The notes below the pieces were generated by a model that made no database searches, was not told the origin of the DNA, and saw only the letters and a program-made list of their open reading frames with translations. Source: Callorhinchus milii (taxonomy: Eukaryota). Taken from it: DNA of 64,000 nt. This document shows, piece after piece, positions 1 to 12,747 of the stretch; positions within the stretch are counted from its first letter, which is position 1, and every line of letters starts with the position of its first letter. The DNA lies in contig NW_024704746.1 of the NCBI RefSeq assembly GCF_018977255.1, positions 32,860,001 through 32,924,000 on the forward strand, read 5' to 3'. Position numbers and translations under genes: made by a program.

Positions 1-229
1 CAATAATATAATAATAATCCTTGAATTTGATATAGCGCCCTATTGCGTCTTCGATGCGTCTCAAAGCACTTCACAGAATATACTGTAAAGTGAATTGACT
101 GTATATTTTGTGGGCAAAACCCGGCAGCCGATTACGCACAGCAGTGTCCCACAAACAGTCGTGGATTATACTCTATGTATATAATTGTTATATGGTTAAA
201 GTTAATATAAATGTTTGTTGATTTTACAG

Positions 230-402
230 TTCACGCTTCATGTTTTCTGGGAAACTGCTGCACACTTGTTACGAGGAAAGGGCATTCTGCCATCGTGGGT
301 ACTCCAGACCTTAATCAAACTTATTTTTCTGGTGCTCAGCACCTTCCTGCTTGTCATTATCCGGGTACAAGTCATTCAATCCCAGTTGCCAGTGTTCACC
401 AG
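230..402 (+). CDS. TMTC3: TMTC3 internal coding exon (approx. human exon 6), 173 nt
   Basis: ttttacag| acceptor and AG|gtaaac donor; encodes FTLHVFWETAAHLLRGKG...IRVQVIQSQLPVFTR, matching recalled vertebrate TMTC3 (protein O-mannosyltransferase). Confidence 0.95.
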
Positions 403-1785
403 GTAAACTTTGTTTCGCTGATCCATGTGATATATTTCACTTTACTAATAAAAAATAAACCTTGTATTTGATATAGCGCCTTATCACATCTTCGAGATGT
501 CTCAAAGAGCTTCATGGAATATATTGTAAAGTGAATTGACTGCATATTTTGTGGCTGAAACGCGTTAATGCATAACCCAATTAATGATTTTTTATTTTTC
601 TTCAAATTTGAATCAATTTTGTCTCCCCGACGCACATATTTGAATGGTTTAGGAGAGTTTCTGTCAGTGCTATTTCACCAAGCAAAACAAATTTTCATGA
701 AAAATTGAAAGTCAAGCTATGTGTTTGGAAGCTTAGTGCTCCACCAAAACTGGGTCAAGAATGCAGTAAGAACAGAAAACTTTTACTTCAAGGGAAATAT
801 GCACCCTGTATTTGCATGGATCGGTATCTGCATGTTGATATGTGTCTGTACGAAAAATGCTCTTTCTTTAGTTTCTCAGACTTGGCTAATTGGCTTACTT
901 CTTCTTTCTTCATTGGACCCAGAAGACAAGTCTTAGCACTCTTGTCTCTGAAGGTCGTTGGTTCAAGTCCCACTATGGAATATTGAGCTATTGCCCTAGG
1001 CTGAAACTCCCAAGGCATAGCTGGGGAGCGCAGGACACGATATACAGCCTGATTAGCGGTAATATTGCAAATTGCAAAGCTGACTGTCAGTATATTTACC
1101 TTTTGATAAGATTATAGAAATTTACAGCACAGAAGGATGCTATTTTGGTACATTGAGTCTGCATCAGTTCTCAGAACAAGGTACTATTAAGCACTTTGAG
1201 GCATCTCAAAGATGTGATAAGGTGCAATATCAAATGCAAGGATGATTATTATTATCCTCTGGAGATTTCATCCCACGTGCCTTTGGGCACAGTTCAGCTT
1301 TGTTCAGTTGTATTTTTACCATTTTTTAATTTCCTTTTTCCAGCATAGTTTTTTCTCAGTCAGTATCAATTGTATCTTATATCAAGTCTTGTTTTTCCTT
1401 AAATTATTTTATTTAGGCTGTAACAGCCCAAGTCTTCTAAATATCTTTCTATAACAAATGCTAGGCCTAAAAATGTTTCTTGATGGCAATGGTTCGGAGT
1501 ATTTATTTGAATCCTGAAAAAATATAATCGTTGAGTAGTTTTGAAAGGTAAATGAGCAAATATGAAAGGATTGACTATTAAAGCAATAATGAATCTGAAG
1601 GTTCAATATGCCGGGTTAGCCAGCAGATGGTGCTCTTGTCTTGCCAGATTGTACAGGTCAAGAACGAGCATCCTGCATTCAAATGACTAAACTTCTTGGT
1701 GATTATAAGACAACTGCAAACATATGTTTGCAAACTGAATGTAAATATAGAGTAGATTGCCCGATATCCACATGGGCTTCAAATG

Positions 1786-2097
1786 GAGTTCTGCAGCTCA
1801 GTGGTCAGAGCACTCGGCTCGCAAGTGAGAGAACGGGATTCAATTCGTGGCAGGGCAAAACCTTGAGCAAGTTTCCTTACTCCACACGCCTGATAAAAAT
1901 CCCTCAAGAAAAAAAATAATAGATTGGTCACTTCAATCCACGATTGTTTGTGGGACACTGCTGTGCACAACTGGCTGCCGCGTATTGCCCACAGATATAC
2001 AGTCAATTCACTTCACAGTGTATTTGGTGAACCCCTTTGAGACATCTAGAAGACGTGAAAAGTGCTATATCAAATGCAAGGATTATTATTTATTATT
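1786..2097 (+). mobile_element. Full-length tRNA-derived SINE (diverged copy)
   Basis: tRNA-like head with A-box (agctcagtgg) and B-box (gattcaattc), Deu-like core gtttgtgggacactgctgtgcacaactggctgcc, L2-type tail and (TTA)n end. Confidence 0.9.
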
Positions 2098-3382
2098 AAA
2101 TTGTAATAATAATCCTTGCTTTTGTTACACCGCCTTATCACGTCTAAAAGCGATTCACAGAATATATTGTCGACTGTTCTTTGTGGGCGAAACAGATGCA
2201 CACACCCATGCTGTTTATTGAATTGGTAAGGAACCTTAGAGAAATTTGGCTTTGATTAAGACAACTTTTGCTTCTATTGCACAATGACATTGAGAGCCAG
2301 GCTGGAAGCTGTCATGGCGCTTATTCCAACTGAAGTAGAAATCCACCTACAATTTCTTTTGTGCTTGTAAGTATCAAAACTGAGAGAAAAGGAGGTCAGT
2401 TGGCAATAAGAAAAAAGAAATTTCAGTTATCTTAACTCTTAAAGTAAGATTACAGCTTAGAAATAACTCCCAGGGGTAGAGGAAAAGAGGCCATTCACTT
2501 GCACCATCCAGCAGTTTCCCAGCGCCATGTGAATCTGAAGGCACTGCTGAAATTTCCAGTGTGAGTGGAACTCTGGTTGGATACTCTTGAGCACAGTGAT
2601 GGGTTTTCACATTTGTCCAACACCTGTCTGACCAAAACGGTGCATAGAAAGCTGGCCTTCTACATTGATTATCTATGTCTTGCTGAGGCACAACCAATGT
2701 GGCCAGTCCCTCTTCACCTGCTCCAGTCTCTTTGACTCTATGTAAGAGCTAATATCCAAGTGCTGCACAGGACAATACTGGAGCGTTCTTTGGATGCTGC
2801 TACTCAACACTTAATACCAGTGATGCCTGTTGTGGCAGCAAAAGGCTCTGTAAATGCTACAAAAGTATAAACTGATGGGAGCCTCAGAGTAATTGCAAAG
2901 CTATAAGCTTGTCTTTAGGTGATGCATGAGCTTGAACTTTTCTATTGCAGTTTTACATTTTTTTTNATCAAGACAAATGTCCAACATGAACCTCTTGCAG
3001 TTTAGCATTGCATACCAATCAGTTAGTTGGTAAGATGTAAGAGCATGTGGTCCTAAATCCAACCTCTAGGTCAATAGCAGTGATGCCAAGCTTTTAGTGT
3101 TTACTTGTCAATGAATAGCGTTCTGAAAGTTCAACTCTAAAGTTGGGTACCAGTTTTAATGGATGTAAACTGATCCTAATGCAAAGGTGCTTGGCAAAGC
3201 AAGGTTCTCATGAAGAGTGACTGCTTATCTGCAACCCTCATTGGGATGATTGCCTAGTAATCGCTTACTGCTGTCTGTAGTTAATCTTTATGTTCAGATA
3301 TCTCTACATACAGAAATATTTAGTCTTGTGAAATTATTTGTTCAGTCAGTGTTTATAATTATTGATTTTTTTTCTGTCATAG

Positions 3383-3635
3383 GTTTGATAATCCAGCGGC
3401 TGTCAGCCCCACTCCTGCCAGGCAGCTAACTTTCAATTACCTCTTGCCATTGAATGGCTGGCTTCTCTTGAATCCATCAGAATTGTGTTGTGATTGGACA
3501 ATGGGAACTATTCCATTAGTGGAATCTATCTTAGATATTCGAAATGTTGCTACAGTAATCTTCTATCTATTTTTGGGACTCCTAATCCATTATAGTCTTC
3601 GTAATCCTGGTGAATCATCTAGAACCATAATAATG
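3383..3635 (+). CDS. TMTC3: TMTC3 coding exon (approx. exon 7), 253 nt
   Basis: ctgtcatag| ... ATG|gtaag; encodes [48 protein letters not shown]..., the conserved TMTC luminal loop (DUF1736 region); phase fits the previous exon. Confidence 0.97.
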
Positions 3636-4526
3636 GTAAGACAGTGATAAAGTTCGTTACATGATGCATGGCTGACAATGTTTTCAGTCTGTACATGCAG
3701 ACACCGGAAATTTACAATAGCAACTTACATTTATATAGCACTCTTCATGCAGGGTAGCTTCACAGTGGTGGAGCCTGACATCAAACTGGGGGAGAGGGGA
3801 GGTTACCATAGGTGTGATCAAAGAGGAAGGTCTAGGGCTCGAGTGGGTGGAGAAGTGCGAGCAGGGTTGATGTGCTTAAAAGAACGTTTAATGAAAATTT
3901 TAAATGATTTCATGTCTCTAATGTTCGGGAGCTTGGAATGCAACAACTTGCATTTATATAGTGCTCTTAGTTTTTTTAGTTTACTTGTCTTTAGTGTATT
4001 TGTTAACAAGCTAATACTTGCTTTTATCAACAATGAAGAGAGCAATTATCAGCTGCCCAGCAGTAAACATCACTTCGACCTTCCCCAAATTCTTCGTCAA
4101 TTGGAAAAAAGTACCATTTTTTGTTCACATTCAATTCTCAGTGTGCATGTAACAATGCTGAATTAATGATTTTGTCAGTGCACATGCACTGTATTCGAAG
4201 ACTGGATATTTACTGAAGCTTTGTAAGTTTGACTTTTTCATTTGACTTTTTTTAGGCCAATTTTTAAGGAAATAAAATGAAATGCACACATATCTGCATA
4301 ATTTCATAGGAATGTAGCTTTAATCACTTGTAATCATTCACACTGTGACTAGGTTAATGGCCTCCACAGTTTATCTGATTTGTGTCATGAAATAAATCTG
4401 GGCACTGACCTGCATGGGGTGGGGGGTGAGAGTCAGTTTTGTCATGTTTAATGTTAAGTTTACTTGAATTACTATATTCATGCCAGGCAATCTTTATGTG
4501 ACTCAAAAATATACTTTTGTTTCTAG

Positions 4527-4675
4527 GCACTTTCTTTCATGGTACTGCCATTCATTCCTGCATCAAATCTATTTTTCCCTGTTGGCTTTGTGGTAGCAGA
4601 GCGTGTGCTGTATGTTCCCAGCATGGGATTTTGTTTGTTGGTTGCACATGGATGGAGGAAGATAGCAATAACTGG
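4527..4675 (+). CDS. TMTC3: TMTC3 coding exon (approx. exon 8), 149 nt
   Basis: tttctag| ... GG|gtatgt; encodes [43 protein letters not shown], the TMTC signature motif. Confidence 0.97.
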
Positions 4676-5044
4676 GTATGTGTACTTAAGTTTAATATTT
4701 GTTTCAGTCTGGAATTGTGGTGTGTAAATGATTTTCAATGGACATATTTACATAAAATAGTCTTTAAATTGTGAGTTAATCCACACTGTGAAATAGAATC
4801 CAGATTTTTGTGTATATGCCAGAGTAAACATCAGTTTGGAACTTCCCCAAATTCTTTGGCATTGGGAGGGATGTTCTTCAGTATTATTTATTTAAACTAG
4901 CTCTAAGAGTGCATGTATTTATCCATGTTCAAAAATATGGTAAATACTGAAATAATGATTGACAGTGCACATATGCTATGTAACAAAGCTTTAGATGTAT
5001 TAGTGTTAAGTTCATGTTTCTACTTTGTTGATGTCCTGTTTTAG

Positions 5045-5165
5045 GAATCTAAAGAAACTGGCATGGATTGGGTTGACAATTCTACTTACCACTCATACCT
5101 TCAAAACAATTTACAGAAATTGGGATTGGGAATCTGAATACTCCTTGTTCATGTCAGGTCTTAAG
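5045..5165 (+). CDS. TMTC3: TMTC3 coding exon (approx. exon 9), 121 nt
   Basis: gttttag| ... AAG|gtacg; encodes [40 protein letters not shown]. Not in the ORF track; translated by hand. Confidence 0.95.
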
Positions 5166-5565
5166 GTACGTTGAATGTTTGGGATGAGGAAAGAGGTTGC
5201 CTCCAAGATGTGTTCCTTAAATATTTAAGACAATGATCTTGCATTACAGTATTTTGCTTAGCTTTCAGTTTTGAATATTTAATATTATTTGAGTTTCCTT
5301 TTTATGAGGTTTGTGTTATGAAATAAACCTGGGCACTGACCTGCATTAGCATTGGGTGGGGGGAAAAAAAGTCAGTTTTGTTTAATGTTAAGTTTTTTTG
5401 AATTAGTATATTCATGCCAGGCAATCTTTGTGAGCAAAATAATTTCAATACTAGCTAATAAATCAAAAATTCTTAAGTAGTTCAGAGTTTAAAGTAGAAC
5501 TTACATCAGGTATTCTGCAGGGTTTTTTTTCTCAGAATAGTAATTGCACATTTTTTAAATTAAAG

Positions 5566-5677
5566 GTCAATAAAAATAATGCTAAACTTTGGAACAATGT
5601 GGGCCATGCTTTAGAAAATGAGCATAAATATGAAGCAGCTTTGAAGTTCTTCATTCAAGCTACAAGGGTTCAACCAG
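5566..5677 (+). CDS. TMTC3: TMTC3 coding exon (approx. exon 10), 112 nt, first TPR
   Basis: taaag| ... G|gtaaga; encodes [37 protein letters not shown]. Confidence 0.95.
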
Positions 5678-7469
5678 GTAAGATTATCTTTATTAGGTCT
5701 TCAAGAGCATTTGTGTGCCTTATAATGGGTGTATATCTCTTTTTTGAACTGAGTCACCTAATTAACTTTGGATCACTTACAGTCAAATTGAGTTAACTGT
5801 GCTGATTGAATACATGGGTTGGTAAGTGCATAAATGGTACTCATTGTGCTGTGCTGTTCACAAACTAGAAGTTGTTGCATTAATGGGGACTTCTGTTTAC
5901 GATCACAGCAAAAACTTTGTTCTCAGACCATTCTTTTGACAAAAGATTGATGAGCAAAATGTTGGCTGCAAAACAACTTTCAACGTTCTTGGTGTTTTGA
6001 TTTCTTTCCCTTCCAAACCCCCCCCACTCCATGGTAAAATTTTGTTGTGAATCCAGCAATTTCATTCACAAAATATAAAGTGCTATTATTATGTATTTTT
6101 GATACTATTATGAATCTTAACATTGGCAGAGATTCAATAACATTTTACTACTTCACATAATCTAAGATCTAACCTTGTCTGTATGTAGAGATCATTGTAA
6201 ATTTACAGGAACATAGCTGGTATACCGACCTATTATATTAGAATAGATACAAATTTGATGATGGCTAGATTAACACAAATAATTGAATGATTTTTAACTG
6301 CTATATCAAACACAAGGATTATTATTATATATTTTTGTTCTAAATTATACAAGGATCCAAGCTGTTCTTTCTTTATCAAAAGAATATTGCTGTGGACAGG
6401 TTTATAATCTGTAAATATTATAATATCCTTGCATTTGATATATCATACATAACAGCGGCCAATTTGTGCACAACAGGATCCCACAAACGGCTAGAAAGTG
6501 AATCACTAACCGATGGGTGAGGTGAACATAAACGCGGTTGAAGAGGTCTTAAGGAGGGACTTAAAGATAGATAAAGGAGGGGTGCGAGGTGGAAGAATAG
6601 AGGTTGGAAGAGGTGTGCAAAGATTTGTAGACCAGGGTGAGGATCTTGAAATCAATCCTTTTGGAGATGCAAAGCCGATGAAGCCTGGCGAGGATTGGGG
6701 TGAAGATGTAGACGGCTGAGTTTTTTATGAATTGGACCTTGTGGGGAGACCAGCGAGGAGTATATTTGAGAAATCAAGGCAGAAGGTGACGCAAGGCATA
6801 GATGAGGGTTTTAGTGGTTTTTAGGGTGAGATGGTGTCAGACGAGCAATAAAGTGGAGTAAAACAGTCTAGTCACAATTTAAATGTGGGGTAGGAAGGAC
6901 ACTTGGGAGTTGAATTGTAAGCCAAGGTTGTGGGCAGGTTCAGTGAGTTTAACGGATAAATTGGGGGAGGTTGAGGAGGTCAGTGAAGAAAGTGAAGAGA
7001 TGTTGAAGGGAGCCAAAGCAAATGTTGGATAGAATACTGAACACTGCTCTTTGTGAACAGTGTAATGGGATCAATAACATCTACCTGAACAACATGTCAC
7101 AAGATGATCTTATAGTATCTGTTTCATTATTTTATAATACTGGCTTGTGAACTAGCAATCTCTTTATTCTAAATTAGGAGTTTCAAAACTATGTTCAGGT
7201 TCCTAGAACTATGAATTGTGTCAAGTCCTACAATAAGAGTGTATAGCTCATAATCCTGGCTCAAAGTGAGGTGCAGCAACAGCTAACAAAATAGATGTTC
7301 CTGATTGAATATTTCTTGATTTATACCACAAAACAAGAAATATCCAATCAAGAAAATAACTGATAACCCACTGCCGATTGAACACAGACTTATCTACACT
7401 CGTGTGAACGCTCTGAGGGGTTCTCTTGACAGCTCCACTATTGCTGTAGTGCATTACTGGGGGAATACT

Positions 7470-7700
7470 GCATGACAGAGTTGCCATCTTTCAGATGAGA
7501 TATTGAAAACTGTTTTCCAGTTCAGGTGGATGTTTTATATTAAAAGAAACTCATGATACTATCAAAATGGAAGGGAGTTTTACCTGTGTCATCCCCAACA
7601 ATCCTCCAAATAAATAGTCATTTTCAATTTGTTGTTTATAGGACTTTGCTGTGCACATTTGCCTGTAGGGTTTGCCTACAAATACAGTCACTGCACTTAA
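7470..7700 (+). mobile_element. Old Deu-domain SINE remnant (similar remnants at about 15590-15885, 25620-25920, 50310-50590 and 56530-56825)
   Basis: Contains ctttcagatgagatatt, ttcaggtggatgt, gggagttttacctgtgtc and tgtttataggactttgctgtgcac, the recalled DeuSINE central-domain layout; heavily diverged. Confidence 0.6.
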
Positions 7701-7841
7701 CAGCATTACTTGTTGATTTCCTTGAGTGCTCCAGTGCTGTATCAAATGCAAGTTATTTTTATATACAAGACTGTGATGGATTGAATTTGTCTTATTAATA
7801 TAATATGGTCCCTTTTTGTCCCAAACTTTCTTGTTGCAAAG

Positions 7842-7945
7842 ATGATATTGGTGCCCATATGAATGTTGGAAGAACGTATAAAAATTTGAACAAAACCAAA
7901 GAAGCAGAAGATGCCTACATGTTAGCAAAATCCCTCATGCCTCAG
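7842..7945 (+). CDS. TMTC3: TMTC3 coding exon (approx. exon 11), 104 nt, TPR
   Basis: ttgcaaag| ... CAG|gtatgc; encodes [35 protein letters not shown]. Confidence 0.95.
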
Positions 7946-8800
7946 GTATGCAAAACCCTGGCACAGAAATTGTTGCCATCATTGATTTTATATAAGATAT
8001 GTTTGTATTCAGATATGAAATGTATACAGCAATGAAAGATTTAGTTCTATTTTATAATCGGCTGGGACAGTATTTAGATGTTTCATTTTGTAATCATATA
8101 GCTCTATCCCATCAAACCTGAACGTCCTTTGCTCAGAATCTGCAAAGATGGAAATTGGCAATTTTTATTTTCTATAGACTAAAGAATAGCTTCCTGTAGT
8201 CAGTTGCAACCGATTATCTTAAAACTGCGTGTTTTTAAAAGGTGACTTTAAACTGATATTGCACTTGTTTGTGGGTCAATTGTGAACTCTTCCAAATTTG
8301 AATCAAAGTAAAATATTAGTGTGCGTTTATGTAACGTATTCTGAAAAAATTGCCAAATTGACTTTTACGCAGATAATTAGTTTACAATTAACAAAAATAC
8401 CTTACGTTGCTTCATTGTATGGGGGGCTTACCCTATAAGGCGGGTACCTAGTGAACCTGAAGGTGGCTTCAGCGCACACTTTGCCTGGCCTTCCTGCGCA
8501 CTAAAGAGTAGCCAACCACACTTCAGCATTCCTCACTGGTGCCAGTTGATATTTTGAAGTGCAGAGGAGCCAGCTGGCCTTCTGCACTAATTCACAGTAA
8601 ATTCTGACCAGCAATCTCTAACCCTTCTTCTCTTCCCCACCCCCTCCCACTAACGTGTTACTGCATGGATTTTTTTTAGAGGAAATTATGAATTGTGTCA
8701 AGATAGGGTATCTCAGGCAGACATCCAAAAATGTTTCATTTGAATGCATATTCGAAAATACGTCTGCCAACGTAACATGTAAGGCTGCAAACCGATTTGA

Positions 8801-8983
<183 letters not shown>

Positions 8984-9485
8984 TAAATTAGTAACTTTTG
9001 TTTTCTTATCTGTCTCTAACCTGGAAAGATTGTTTCTGTGATCTCTTGGCACTGAGGTATGAAGAGTCTACTTCATATCAGCCCATTCAGAGCGCATTTC
9101 CTGCAGATTACTCACTTTCTTCTTTTATATGTGGGACACTGTTCAGTTCACAAAAAAATGAAACTACATTTTCCAGTATTTATTGCAAATTTCCTAAATA
9201 TAAGTAGATTCTAAGTCTTTCTACAAATACATGTTCACTACATTTTACAGGAATTTTGTGATATGCTTTGAGATATATTAAATGCAAGGATATTATTCTA
9301 ATATCACCTTGTGTGCCTTTGTCTCTTCGATAAGAATAATAAGGGAGTAATAATCCCTGCAAATAAAAATAATAATTTGGTCTCTCAATCCAGGACTGTT
9401 TGTGGGACACTGCTGTGTGCAATTGGCTGCCGTGTTTCGCCCAAAAATATACAGTCAATTCACTTTACAGTATATTGAGTACACC

Positions 9486-9798
9486 GAGTCCTGTAGCTCA
9501 GTGGTTAGGGCACTCGCTTCGCAAGTGAGAGACATGGGGTTGATTCCCGGCAGGGCAAAATGTTGGGCAAGTTTCCTTACTCCACATGCCTCTGTTTATC
9601 TAGCAATAAGTAGGAAACCTGTTAAAATTGGTCACTACAATCCACAACTGTATGTGGGACACAGCTGTGCGCAGTTGGCTTCCGCATTTTGCCCACAAAG
9701 TATACAATTATTCACTTCAGATTATATTCTGTGAAATGCTTGGAGACGTCTCAAAGACGTGATAAGGCCCTATATTAAATGGAAGGATTATTATTAAT
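9486..9798 (+). mobile_element. Full-length tRNA-derived SINE, variant with extra internal segment
   Basis: Same head, core and tail as the other copies, plus gcctctgtttatctagcaataagtaggaa after the head; preceded by a headless copy at about 9345-9480. Confidence 0.9.
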
Positions 9799-10179
9799 AT
9801 TGTACTGAGAATTCCGGTTGTGATTGAATGGTAAATGGCTCTACAGAGCTTTGGCTTCTCGCTGACTCACTTCACAATTCCAAGATGAGTTAGTGGATCT
9901 CAAAAACTAAAGCTACATTTTGCAGTGTTTGTTGCAAATTCCCTAAATACACTAAAATAGAGATGTATAATAGCACTATCAATCCAATAAATTAATTTTC
10001 AATACATAATAGTTATATTCGGTTAATAAATAGGAAATGTCAAATTTGGTTCGCAACAAAAATTCATCCTTGAACTGCACTGAACCTTCTCTGCTATTTA
10101 ACAAAGAATTTGCGCTATTATTAACCAGGACTGTTGTGCTGTCTGTGCTTTAACTTTATGCTTTGGGTTTAATTCTCAG

Positions 10180-10406
10180 AGGGGAGTTGCTTCTCAAGAT
10201 GAGTAGACCTCTGGAGGCCAGGGATGCGTACATAAAAGCCGTAGAACTCGACAGAACTAATGCAGATCTCTGGTACAATTTGGCCATTGTTTACATTGAG
10301 CTGAAAGAGCCAGCGGAAGCCTTGAAACATTTCAACCAAGCTCTGGAAATCAATGCAAGCCACAAGCTATCGTTATTCAACTCCGGCCTTCTAATGCAAG
10401 AATCGG
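10180..10406 (+). CDS. TMTC3: TMTC3 coding exon (approx. exon 13), 227 nt, TPRs
   Basis: attctcag| ... G|gtaagg; encodes [55 protein letters not shown]...[10 protein letters not shown]. Confidence 0.96.
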
Positions 10407-11914
10407 GTAAGGCTAGACAATTTATTCTTCAGCTGTGACCGGAATGTAAACGATGGGCTTAAGCCAACAGCTAATTTTAACTTTTTTCATGAAGGGACTC
10501 TTGAAATTTGTAGAGTTGATAAACATCAATACTTAGGGGAATCAACTTCTATTTTTCAACATTTGGGAAAGTTGCATCTTTAGCTTTAATTATTAAAACA
10601 TAATCGTAAACCCCAGAGAGAACTGAAAACAACCTCATAGGCTTCTGAATCTAGTGGGGGGAAGATAAGGGGTGGAAAATGAAATAGTTTTGTTAAGCTC
10701 AACATTTAAACCATACATAGCAAGCTGATTGTAGATGAGCAAGGCTAATAAAAGTGGAACTTTATCTTCAATGACGCACATTTTCCATCGCATTACAGCA
10801 TAGTTGCTAGTTTTTTTTTGTTAAGGGTTACTGTGATGAAAAGAGTTTGTATCTAAAATTTCCCCGTCAAAAAACTATTGATTTTAATTGTAGCTCTGTG
10901 GGTAATTTGTCAAGTGGAGGACAGGTATGCTCCCGCAGGGCAGCAATATATCTATTTTAGTGAAGCCTAGAACTAGTTGTGTGGAAGCTGGAATCGATTG
11001 CCCTCCTTTCTGACACCATTTACTTTGCTTCGTTTTGCTGGACAGCGACTTAGAGGGGCCACTACTGAATCCTGTAGTGATGGTAGCTGCCACCATCACT
11101 GATTGAGATTGAGATTGGAGGTCTAAGGAGAAGCTGGGGGTTGAAAATGGCCCCTGGTATACAATAGTGAAGTATCTGACACCCTGTGCTTGAGTATCCA
11201 AACTGTGTGTGTGTGATATACACAGTAGAAACTCAGTAATTAGCCCCCTCACAATTGCGGGCACATTTTCACAGTCTTTCATGGTCTAAACGATAGGCTG
11301 TCTGCTTCAGTAAAATAGACACCTCACTATTCAGGACAACGGTCACTAATTGTGGCCGCTCCAGAGCCCTCTCCCAGTACAAACGTGGTACAAACACCCA
11401 CCTCTGCTGCTAACCTGTACAGTACTTGGGTCTTGCGCAGTTTCCTTGTTGCTGCTACTTTGGGTGGAGTGGGCTCCGGTTGCGCATTTTCAGCGTGGAA
11501 AGTGTTTGAATCGCGAGTGGGAAATCGACCTCGTCCAAAATCCGCGGCTTAACCTGAGCTCCTACGGACAATTCTTGGTAAGTGCTGTAAACATGCTACC
11601 ACGGAAGGAGTTGTCCTTGCCTGCGAGGGTAGGCTTTATCAAAAACAGTGAGAGCAAAAGTCATAGACAGTTAGCTGTGATCTGTGGCATTGGCAGAACA
11701 CAAGTTGGATGCACGTCAGATATTGCAAGAGTTTAACCAGCTAAAACTCCACAGTTTATTATGTAATTTCTCATAGACTACTGAACGATAATTATTAGAA
11801 GTAGTTAACATTAGGTGTTATTTCCCTGATTGACAAGCTTGTTGTGATTAAAAAAATTGGGATGGAATTAAAATTACTGTACCTTTAAATGATTTTTTTC
11901 ATGTTTGTTAACAG

Positions 11915-12747
11915 GGGATCCTAGGTTAAGACCTGAGGCTGAAAAGCGTTTTCTGAGTTACGTGGATATGGAGCCCAAGGATGCAAATGGCTACTTCAAT
12001 CTGGGCATGCTTGCAATGGATGCTAAGCAGAATTCTAAAGCAGAGGCCTGGATGAAAAAATCCATCCAGGTCGAGCCAGGCTTCAGAAGTGCACTCTTCA
12101 ACCTGGCTCTATTGTATTCCCAGATTGGGAGAGAGTTGGAGGCTTTACCAGTTCTGGCAGAGTTACTTGGGCACCACCCTGATCATATTAAAGGCCTCAT
12201 CCTACAAGGAGATATTCTAATGAACCAGAGGAGAGATATTCAAGGAGCTAAGCAGTGTTTTGAAAGGATTTTACAGATTGACCCAACCAATGTTCAGGGA
12301 AAGCACAACCTCTGTGTGGTGTATTTTGAAGAACGGGATCTTCTAAAGGCTGAGAAGTGTTTATCTGAGACATTGGCTTTAGCACCAGAAGAGGAGTACA
12401 TCCATCGTCATCTGAGTATTGTGCGCAGTAAAATAGCAGCTCAGAGCAATGGTGGCCAGTCAGAACAAATGGCAGCAGGTGCTCAGTCTCACTCAACAAA
12501 AGAAAAAAAAACTTCAATTGAAAATCTGAAGAAAGACCACAGTGAACAAAACAAAGCTGAAACACTGAACTCTTCCAAAGGTCACGCAAAGTCTCCCAGC
12601 AATTCCGAACAATCTGGAGAGGCCCAAAACAATCACAACAAACGGACTAAAAAAAAGTCAAATAAGGAAATTAAAGAGATTGAGAAGAAGAGAGCTGCAG
12701 CTTTAAAACGATTGGAAGAAATCGAACGCATTTTAAATGTTGAATAG
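11915..12747 (+). CDS. TMTC3: TMTC3 last coding exon (TPRs, low-complexity linker, conserved C-terminal helix)
   Basis: gttaacag| acceptor; frame open to TAG at 12745-12747; ends [24 protein letters not shown], as in recalled vertebrate TMTC3. Confidence 0.97.

Noticed and set aside
2966-2966. Ambiguous base n at the end of a T-run
   Set aside because: A sequencing or assembly uncertainty; it only shows that homopolymer calls in this assembly can be imperfect.
10884-11736. ORFs of 128-132 aa in the last TMTC3 intron as a nested gene
   Set aside because: No recognisable domain or coding pattern; only the CpG-rich part is kept as a finding.
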